From assembly GCA_902600225.1 (NCBI GenBank), contig CACKIH010000003.1, forward strand, positions 32,709 through 96,708: a stretch of DNA of 64,000 nt, read 5' to 3'. Shown here one piece after another: positions 57,675 through 64,000 of this stretch. Within the stretch, counting starts at the first letter, position 1; each line of letters begins with the position of its first letter. The notes under the pieces were generated by a model. That model worked only from the letters and a program-made list of their open reading frames with translations, did no database searches and was not told the origin of the DNA. The translations under genes and the position numbers were made by a program. This DNA is from an uncultured Alphaproteobacteria bacterium. Lineage in GTDB: Bacteria > Pseudomonadota > Alphaproteobacteria > HIMB59 > GCA-002718135.

Positions 57675-58480
57675 AGTTTTTCAAAAATTTTTAATGATTG
57701 AGACGTTTCTTTTATGTCGTGAACTCTAAATATATCAACTCCCTTTTGATAACAATATAATGCAGAAGCGATTGAACCTCCCAATCTTTGATTTGTTTCA
57801 CTCTTATCTATGAAGTTGATCCAGCTTTTTCTAGATGATCCTAATAATAATCCATATCCTTTAAACTTAAATTGATTAATTTTTTGCATGATTTCTATAT
57901 TTTGTTTTAAATTTTTACCAAAACCAATACCTGGGTCAAACCAAACTTTGGATGAAGGAATTTTTATTTTTTCTAATTGTTTAATTTTCTGAAGAAATAT
58001 TTTTTTAATATCTTGTACAACATTATTATATGAGTGTATTTTCTTTTGCATAGTTTTGGGTGGCGCAGGTGTGTGCATTAAAATTAAACCTGTTTTAAAT
58101 TTTTTAGTTAAAAAAAATAAATCTTCTGAGCCACCAAAGACATCATTTATAATATGTGCTCCCATATTTAATGCATATTCTTGAGTTTCAATTTTATTAG
58201 TATCAACCGATATGACAAATTTATTTTTTGGCAATTTTTTTAATATTGGCTCTAATCTTTTAACTTCTTCTTTGTGTGTTAATGGATCTGAACCAGGTCT
58301 TGTACTTTCTGCCCCAATATCAATAATATTTGCTCCATTTTTTATCATTTCTTTGATATTTTTTAGTGCATCTGAACTTTTAAAACTCTTGCCACCATCG
58401 CTAAAAGAGTCAGGAGTGACATTGCATATTCCCATTACCGTTGGACTAGTTAGTTTAAAATTATATTTCCCTAATTTCAT
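57662..58480 (-). CDS. folP: Dihydropteroate synthase
   Basis: VMGICNVTPDSFSDGG, DIGAESTRPG and DPGIGFGK motifs. Confidence 0.9.
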   Translation of the reverse strand: MKLGKYNFKLTSPTVMGICNVTPDSFSDGGKSFKSSDALKNIKEMIKNGANIIDIGAESTRPGSDPLTHKEEVKRLEPILKKLPKNKFVISVDTNKIETQEYALNMGAHIINDVFGGSEDLFFLTKKFKTGLILMHTPAPPKTMQKKIHSYNNVVQDIKKIFLQKIKQLEKIKIPSSKVWFDPGIGFGKNLKQNIEIMQKINQFKFKGYGLLLGSSRKSWINFIDKSETNQRLGGSIASALYCYQKGVDIFRVHDIKETSQSLKIFEKLCSK

Positions 58481-59232
58481 TTCAATAATATTTTTGCATA
58501 TTTTTTTGATAAAAAATTATATATTTTCATTGAAGACCTATACCAATTAAATTGTTTAATAAAAGAAATACTAACCACACCTTTACCAGAGCCAACTAAA
58601 AGTATTTCACTAAATTGAGGTAAACTAGAAATATTAATATCTGTTCTATAAATTTTATAAGGTAGATTTTTAATTAAGTATTCTAGAGTAATTCCATAAT
58701 AATAGTAATTTTTTGGAATAAATAATTTATTACCATTTATAAAGATTAAATTGGTCGTAGAGCCTTCTAAAATTTTATTGTTAAAGTAAAAAAGGATCTC
58801 TTCTTTTTGTAAATTAATTTTTTTTTGTAAAGAAATTATTTTTTTGTACTGTAAGTTTTTGAAGTTAGGTAAAGCCCGTTGGAATCTAAAAAATTTTGCA
58901 GTAAAATACTTATGATCTTTGTTTCGTTTACGTACAGATAATGAGATTATTTTTTTTGTGACTGCAATTCTTAATAGGTGGTCGTAATTTTTAATTTTAG
59001 AATATTTATTTAAAAAATTAGTTAAAAAATTTTTTGAAATTTTAACATCAATGCCAAAGTATCTTAAATCTTTATTTAGTTTTTTTAAATGCTGATCAAC
59101 TAAGATAAGATTTGGCTCTTTGCCAAATAGTCTAATAGTTGTAAAGATACCCTTGTAACCCCAAAGAGAATTGAACTTAAGTAATTTAAAATTCTTAGCG
59201 TGAAAGGATTTTTTTAATAAGATATTTTCCAT
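58477..59232 (-). CDS. pabC: Class IV aminotransferase-like aminodeoxychorismate lyase
   Basis: 251 aa with a fold-type IV pattern (ILEGSTTNLIF, GITLEY). Sits between pabA and folP. Confidence 0.6.
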   Translation of the reverse strand: MENILLKKSFHAKNFKLLKFNSLWGYKGIFTTIRLFGKEPNLILVDQHLKKLNKDLRYFGIDVKISKNFLTNFLNKYSKIKNYDHLLRIAVTKKIISLSVRKRNKDHKYFTAKFFRFQRALPNFKNLQYKKIISLQKKINLQKEEILFYFNNKILEGSTTNLIFINGNKLFIPKNYYYYGITLEYLIKNLPYKIYRTDINISSLPQFSEILLVGSGKGVVSISFIKQFNWYRSSMKIYNFLSKKYAKILLK

Positions 59233-59752
59233 GTGGAGTTAAAAATGAATCTGGGTGAAACTGTAATCCATAGACTTTATTAATATCATCTTCAACCGCC
59301 ATTGCTACATTTGTTTTTACACAACGCATTGTAATTATCATTGATTGAGAAACAAATGGTTCAGCCATTTTTAAAGAATGATATCGACCTCCTAAAAAAT
59401 TAAAATTTTTTTTAAAAATTGATTTATCGTTAGTAACTTTAATATGACTCTGATAACCATGAAGGATATTTTTTTGTTGAACTATTTTAGCTCCTTCACA
59501 AAAAACTATTTGTTGGAAACCTAAACATATTCCTAATATTTTTTTCTTTCCTTTATATTTATTGTAAATCTTAGTTGTTAATGGATAATCTTTTGGTTCA
59601 CCAGGACCTGGCGAAAGAACGATGGTCGAAGATTTTTCTAGTTTTGTTTGATCTATTTCATAATAATTTGAAACAAATGTTGGCTCAATACTATCTAGTA
59701 GATGAGCTAAATTGTATGTGAATGAGTCTTCGTGATCAATAAGATAAATCAT
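59195..59752 (-). CDS. pabA: Glutamine amidotransferase component of aminodeoxychorismate synthase
   Basis: Triad GATase motifs ILGICLGFQ and LQFHPDS. 185 aa. Confidence 0.8.
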   Translation of the reverse strand: MIYLIDHEDSFTYNLAHLLDSIEPTFVSNYYEIDQTKLEKSSTIVLSPGPGEPKDYPLTTKIYNKYKGKKKILGICLGFQQIVFCEGAKIVQQKNILHGYQSHIKVTNDKSIFKKNFNFLGGRYHSLKMAEPFVSQSMIITMRCVKTNVAMAVEDDINKVYGLQFHPDSFLTPHGKYLIKKILSR

Positions 59753-60957
59753 TAGTTAAAAAGATCTAAAAGTGATTTAGCTTTAATATAATTTTCATTA
59801 TATTCTTTTTTTGCGGTGCTTCCTAAGATCACACCACTAGCAACTGATAATTCAATATCATTTTTAAAATTAAGTAGTGTTCTAATCATTATGTTAAATC
59901 GCATATCACCATTTGAATGTATAATTCCAAAACTGCCTGTATAAATATTTCTGTTAAATTTTTCTTTTCTATTTAGAAGTTGAATAGTACTAATTTTTGG
60001 ACAACCAATGACTGAACCACCTGGCATTAAAGAAGAAATTATATCATGGTTACTCATTTTATTTTTTATAACTCCCTTGATTGTCGTAACGTAATGAAAA
60101 AGATCTCGATATTCCTCAACCTTTTTTAGTTTATCTATTTTTACAGATCCTGTTTTACAAATTTTAGACAGATCATTTCTTTCCATATCAACAATCATAT
60201 TATGTTCTTTGGTTTCTTTTTCATTTCTTCTAAAGAATGTGAGAGCTTTATTTTTATTTAAATGTTTTGTTTTTCTTAATGTTCCAGCAATAGGTTTAGT
60301 GCTAATTGTGTTATCTTTTTTCAATATGAGTGTCTCTGGTGAACAACTTACAATATTATAGTCTTTTTCCCTTATAAGAAAACTTTCAGGTGATTCATTC
60401 ATTTTCATTAACTTCCAAAAAAGATCAATAGAATTGATATTGCCTTTTTTCGAATATGTTTGAGCTATTTTAATTTGATAAGTTTTTCCCTGTTTAATAT
60501 TTTTAGAGAAATCATTAAATATCTTAGAGTACTGGTTTAAAGATAAATTGAGATTAAACTTTTTATTTAACTGTAAATATTTTTTTGTATTTGTAGTTAT
60601 ATTTCTAAAATTGGGTTTAATGCTTTTGATTATTATTTTTTTACCAATACTAATTTTGGTTTGTGGCTTGTAAAATACACCGCTATGAAAATTTTTAGAT
60701 CGCTGTTTTGGAAACTTTATTCCTATATTTTCACAAAGAAGTTTATAACCAAAGAAACCAACATAACAATTCAATTCTTCAATCTTAGATTTTTTTGATT
60801 TTGATTGGATATTAAGAAAATATTTTAGATTTTTTTTATTAATAATAATTCTTCTAGAAAAATCAGTATAGATGTCATAACCCTTATCAGTTTTATAAAT
60901 TATAAGAGGTTTATCTGATTGATATAGTCTATTTAGATATTCTTTATTGTTCAGCAC
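59752..60957 (-). CDS. pabB: Aminodeoxychorismate synthase component I (chorismate-binding)
   Basis: Chorismate-binding motifs PGGSVIGCPK, GSFG and the IRT region. 401 aa. Adjacent to pabA, pabC and folP. Confidence 0.75.
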   Translation of the reverse strand: MLNNKEYLNRLYQSDKPLIIYKTDKGYDIYTDFSRRIIINKKNLKYFLNIQSKSKKSKIEELNCYVGFFGYKLLCENIGIKFPKQRSKNFHSGVFYKPQTKISIGKKIIIKSIKPNFRNITTNTKKYLQLNKKFNLNLSLNQYSKIFNDFSKNIKQGKTYQIKIAQTYSKKGNINSIDLFWKLMKMNESPESFLIREKDYNIVSCSPETLILKKDNTISTKPIAGTLRKTKHLNKNKALTFFRRNEKETKEHNMIVDMERNDLSKICKTGSVKIDKLKKVEEYRDLFHYVTTIKGVIKNKMSNHDIISSLMPGGSVIGCPKISTIQLLNRKEKFNRNIYTGSFGIIHSNGDMRFNIMIRTLLNFKNDIELSVASGVILGSTAKKEYNENYIKAKSLLDLFN

Positions 60958-60985
60958 TTGATTCTATTATAATTAGGATACTTAT

Positions 60986-61408
60986 ATGAAAAGTTTTTTT
61001 ACTAAAATATTCTTTTTTTGCTTAACAGTCACATGGTCTTTAGGTCTTTTTGCACATGGAACTATCATTTTTCCAAATGTAGAACATGGTGATGGTTACA
61101 TTGATGTTAAGATATATGACTCAAAAGAGAGCTTTTTGGATGAAGAATTAGCAATTGAGAGCGTTAGAAAAAGAGTTCAAAAGGGTGAGGTTGTAGTTCC
61201 TTTGAGTAAGATACATGAAGGAAAAATAGCAATTGTTGCCTATCACGATGAAGATTCAGATGGAAAATTAAAGACTGGATTATTCTGGAGACCAAAAGAA
61301 GGTTTTGCCTTTAGTAATAATTATCAACCAAAAGGTCCTCCATCATTTGAAAAAGCCGCAATCATTTTAGTTCATGGCGAACCCGTGGTAATAGAACTTA
61401 ATTATTAA
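60986..61408 (+). CDS. DUF2141-family secreted protein
   Basis: Signal peptide. YHDEDSDGKLKTGLFWRPKEGFAFSNN block typical of DUF2141. Confidence 0.65.
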   Translation: MKSFFTKIFFFCLTVTWSLGLFAHGTIIFPNVEHGDGYIDVKIYDSKESFLDEELAIESVRKRVQKGEVVVPLSKIHEGKIAIVAYHDEDSDGKLKTGLFWRPKEGFAFSNNYQPKGPPSFEKAAIILVHGEPVVIELNY

Positions 61409-61416
61409 AAATTATA

Positions 61417-62802
61417 TTGATGTCATTACAGTTACAAAACACATTAAGTGGTAAAAAAGAATTTTTTAAACCAGTTAATCCAGATCATGTAAGAATATAT
61501 GCTTGCGGTCCAACTGTTTACAATTTTGCGCATATAGGTAATGCGCGTATGGCAGTTGTAAATGATTTATTAGTCCGTGTATTAAAAACACAATTTAAAC
61601 AAGTGACCTATGTGTCTAATATCACTGATATTGATGACAAGATTATAGAAGCTTCTAAAGAAACAGGTGAGGACATAAGTGTTATCACAAATAAATATAC
61701 AGAGATTTACAATAATGACATGAGTGCACTTGGCGTTAATCTTCCTGATATTCAACCAAGGGCAACTGATCATATTAAAGAAATGATCGAGTTAATAAAA
61801 AAATTAATTGATGAAAATAAAGCTTATGAAAAAGAGGGGCATGTTTTATTTCATGTGCCAAGTTTTGATAATTATGGAATTCTTTCAAAAAGAAATAGAG
61901 ATGAACAAATAGCTGGAAGCCGTGTTGAAGTAGCGCCGTTCAAAAAAGATCCAGCAGATTTTATTTTATGGAAACCATCTCCCTCACCCTTACCTGGTTG
62001 GGATTCACCTTGGGGATTTGGAAGACCAGGATGGCATTTAGAGTGCTCCGTTATGTCAGAAAAATCATTAGGCCTCCCTTTTGATATCCATAGCGGTGGT
62101 ATTGACTTGGTGTTTCCGCATCATGAAAATGAAATAGCACAAACTTGTTCCATATCTAAAAATAAAGATCCTAAAGATTTTGCAACTTATTGGTTTCATA
62201 ATGGATTTGTTAATGTTGAGGGAGAAAAAATGTCAAAGTCAATTGGCAATATTAGACTCGTTCATGATCTCAATAAAAAATACAAGGGAGAGGTTTTGCG
62301 ATTAACATTGTTGTCAGCTCATTACAAACAGCCATTGAACTGGACAGAAGAAATCATTGAACAAAATAGCAAAATGATAGATCGACTTTATAGAGTTCTA
62401 TTAGAGCTCTCAGAAGTTGAAATAGATTCTAACTTACCTTCTGATTCTATAATGGAATCATTTTTAGATGATTTGAATACACCTAAAGTCATTGCAAAAC
62501 TTAATGAAGAAGCAAATGATGCTTCATCTGCATCTGATGAAAGAAAAAAAGAAATCAAAAAAAATCTTCTTTCTGCCGGTAAAATATTAGGTATTCTTGA
62601 AGATGATCCAGGAAATTGGTTAGGTTATAATCAAAAAGATACTGAAAATACTGAAGAAATTGAAAGGTTGATAAATGAACGTAATGAAGCTAGACGCAGT
62701 AAAAATTTTAATTTGGCAGATACTATTAGGGACACATTAAAAGATAAAGGAATAGAAATAGAAGATACTGATAAAGGAACGATTTGGCGGAAATCTAGAT
62801 GA
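61417..62802 (+). CDS. cysS: Cysteine--tRNA ligase
   Basis: HIGNAR (HIGH), KMSKS and the Zn-site CGPTVY start. 461 aa. Confidence 0.95.
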   Translation: MMSLQLQNTLSGKKEFFKPVNPDHVRIYACGPTVYNFAHIGNARMAVVNDLLVRVLKTQFKQVTYVSNITDIDDKIIEASKETGEDISVITNKYTEIYNNDMSALGVNLPDIQPRATDHIKEMIELIKKLIDENKAYEKEGHVLFHVPSFDNYGILSKRNRDEQIAGSRVEVAPFKKDPADFILWKPSPSPLPGWDSPWGFGRPGWHLECSVMSEKSLGLPFDIHSGGIDLVFPHHENEIAQTCSISKNKDPKDFATYWFHNGFVNVEGEKMSKSIGNIRLVHDLNKKYKGEVLRLTLLSAHYKQPLNWTEEIIEQNSKMIDRLYRVLLELSEVEIDSNLPSDSIMESFLDDLNTPKVIAKLNEEANDASSASDERKKEIKKNLLSAGKILGILEDDPGNWLGYNQKDTENTEEIERLINERNEARRSKNFNLADTIRDTLKDKGIEIEDTDKGTIWRKSR

Positions 62803-64000
62803 GTGAAAAGATAATAATTACATTTCCAGATGGAAATAAAAAGGAAGTTGATAAAGGCATCAATGGTCTTGAATTGGCATCGCAAATTTCTAAATCTCTT
62901 GCCAAAGAATCAGTTGCTATAAAAATTAATAATGAGATAAAAGATATTAGTTTACCTATTAATGGTGATGCATCTGTATCGATTTTAAAAAGAGATAGCG
63001 AGGAAGCACTTGAATTAATACGACATGATTGTGCTCATGTAATGGCAGAAGCTGTCCAGGAATTATTCCCCGGAACACAAGTTACAATTGGTCCAGCAAT
63101 TGAAAATGGTTTTTATTATGATTTTGCAAGAGATGAACCTTTTACTGTTGCAGATCTTCCAAAAATTGAAAAAAAGATGCACGATATCATTCAAAGAAAT
63201 AAAAATTTCATAAGAGAAGTGTGGTCTAAAGAGGAATCGATAAAATATTTTAAAGACAAAGGTGAAGACTATAAAGTTGAACTAATTAATGATCTGCCTG
63301 ATAATGAGGAAATTAGTATTTACAAACAAGGTGATTGGTTAGACTTGTGCCGAGGCCCTCATATGGTTTCAACAAAACAAATTGGTAAAGCATTTAAATT
63401 AATGAAAGTTGCTGGCGCTTACTGGCGAGGTGATTCATCTAATACAATGCTAACAAGAATTTATGGAACGGCCTGGGCAACAGAAAAGGATCTTGAACAA
63501 CACCTTTTACAAATTGAAGAAGCAGAAAAAAGAGATCACCGAAAACTAGGAAGAGAAATGGATTTGTTTCATTTTCAGGAAGAGGCTCCTGGGGCGGTGT
63601 TTTGGCATCCTAAGGGTTGGACATTATTTCAGTCGCTAATAAATTATATGCGAAACAGACAAGACAAGGCAGGTTACGTAGAAACTAATACACCAGACAT
63701 GATGGATAAGTCTCTATGGGAAACGTCTGGTCACTGGGACAAATTTAGTGACATGATGTTTAGAACTGAAGCAAAAGACGATAAAATTTATGCTATCAAA
63801 CCAATGAATTGCCCTGGCGCTGTAGAAATTTTCAAACAAGGATTAAAAAGTTATAGAGACTTACCATTTCTATTATCTGAATTCGGAAAAGTACATCGTT
63901 ATGAACCATCGGGTGCTCTTCATGGATTAATGAGGGTGAGAGCATTCACACAAGATGATGCACATATATTTTGTACAGAAGATCAAATTACACAAGAGAG
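62799..64000 (+). CDS. thrS: Threonine--tRNA ligase, N-terminal 400 aa (continues past the window end)
   Basis: Not in the ORF track because it is open-ended. My translation is [17 protein letters not shown]... (TGS domain), [11 protein letters not shown], ...MNCPG. ATGA overlap with the cysS stop. Confidence 0.9.
   Translation, partial: MSEKIIITFPDGNKKEVDKGINGLELASQISKSLAKESVAIKINNEIKDISLPINGDASVSILKRDSEEALELIRHDCAHVMAEAVQELFPGTQVTIGPAIENGFYYDFARDEPFTVADLPKIEKKMHDIIQRNKNFIREVWSKEESIKYFKDKGEDYKVELINDLPDNEEISIYKQGDWLDLCRGPHMVSTKQIGKAFKLMKVAGAYWRGDSSNTMLTRIYGTAWATEKDLEQHLLQIEEAEKRDHRKLGREMDLFHFQEEAPGAVFWHPKGWTLFQSLINYMRNRQDKAGYVETNTPDMMDKSLWETSGHWDKFSDMMFRTEAKDDKIYAIKPMNCPGAVEIFKQGLKSYRDLPFLLSEFGKVHRYEPSGALHGLMRVRAFTQDDAHIFCTEDQITQE

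Noticed and set aside
56216-60957. The very low GC of the trpF-like/folate/pABA cluster, read as evidence of horizontal acquisition.
   Set aside because: My hand counts of sampled 60-nt lines here are about 13-33 % GC. Clearly native housekeeping genes such as rimI and tsaB show similar values (about 12 % in one sampled line). By eye the composition is therefore not distinctive. A windowed GC/codon analysis is needed before any such claim.
660-62885. About 35 short ORFs (60-145 aa) in the track lie antisense to, or nested inside, the long genes. Examples are 660-854, 5840-6103, 9503-9772, 22736-23074, 34235-34525, 46213-46521, 51931-52320 and 58212-58550.
   Set aside because: Each is fully embedded in a longer ORF that has clear family motifs on the other strand. 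Their translations are low-complexity (L/S/I/F-rich) with no recognisable motifs and no RBS, so I treat them as frame artefacts.
1-64000. A search by eye for CRISPR arrays, IS elements or transposases, integrases, phage genes, toxin-antitoxin or restriction/defence genes, and tRNA or rRNA genes.
   Set aside because: None was found. Every intergenic gap is under 200 bp. I saw no long direct or inverted repeat families beyond the short regulatory motifs reported. No ORF has recombinase, nuclease-defence or Cas-like motifs. A tRNAscan/Infernal run would be needed to formally exclude small RNAs.

Overview
This is a very AT-rich, extremely gene-dense 64-kb window. About 79 CDS are called, many with overlapping start and stop codons. 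I recognised no rRNA, tRNA, CRISPR array, IS element or integrase by eye. Composition, packing and gene content look like a SAR11/Pelagibacterales-type marine alphaproteobacterium, but that is an inference, not a search result.

Layout:
- 1-9.8 kb: housekeeping genes (corC-ybeY-phoH-miaB-rimI-tsaB, an Nfu-type Fe-S protein, trpS, murJ).
- 9.8-21.3 kb: a complete phosphate-starvation core. It holds a SET-domain gene, phoR-pstSCAB-phoU-phoB, the plcP-agt lipid-remodelling pair, and a DUF47-Pit low-affinity phosphate transporter.
- 21.3-35.6 kb: an organophosphonate/organophosphate scavenging island. It holds a PhnZ-like HD oxygenase, a Cys-phosphatase, phnW, an AllA-like cupin, a GpdQ-like phosphodiesterase and an unexplained MetE-like / Fe-ADH / methyltransferase-like trio. 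It also holds a UgpB-like binding protein, phnY, phnA and ugpCAE-like genes.
- 35.6-64 kb: DMT and MFS transporters, two small zinc-ribbon proteins, cytochrome c-msrPQ, an orphan family-5 binding protein, adenosine kinase and deaminase, an M48 protease and an Fe3+ ABC system. These are followed by hsp20, a DUF1800-DUF1501-cdd-PNP-deoA-OMT string, a trpF-like gene facing a folK-folB-folP-pabCAB cluster, DUF2141, cysS and the start of thrS.

Most interesting signals read directly from the DNA:
- An 11-bp-phased TGTAAT/TGAAAT direct-repeat motif (Pho-box-like) recurs at five promoters.
- Intrinsic terminators sit immediately after the two phosphate-related binding-protein genes.
- A sigma32-type promoter plus a ROSE-like hairpin that masks the Shine-Dalgarno (SD) site lies upstream of hsp20.
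- A perfect 9-bp-arm palindrome lies in the Fe3+-binding-protein leader.
- The phosphonate island contains several genes with no assigned role.

I found no clear, entirely new multi-gene system. The best candidates are the uncharacterised genes embedded in the Pho-controlled phosphonate island.
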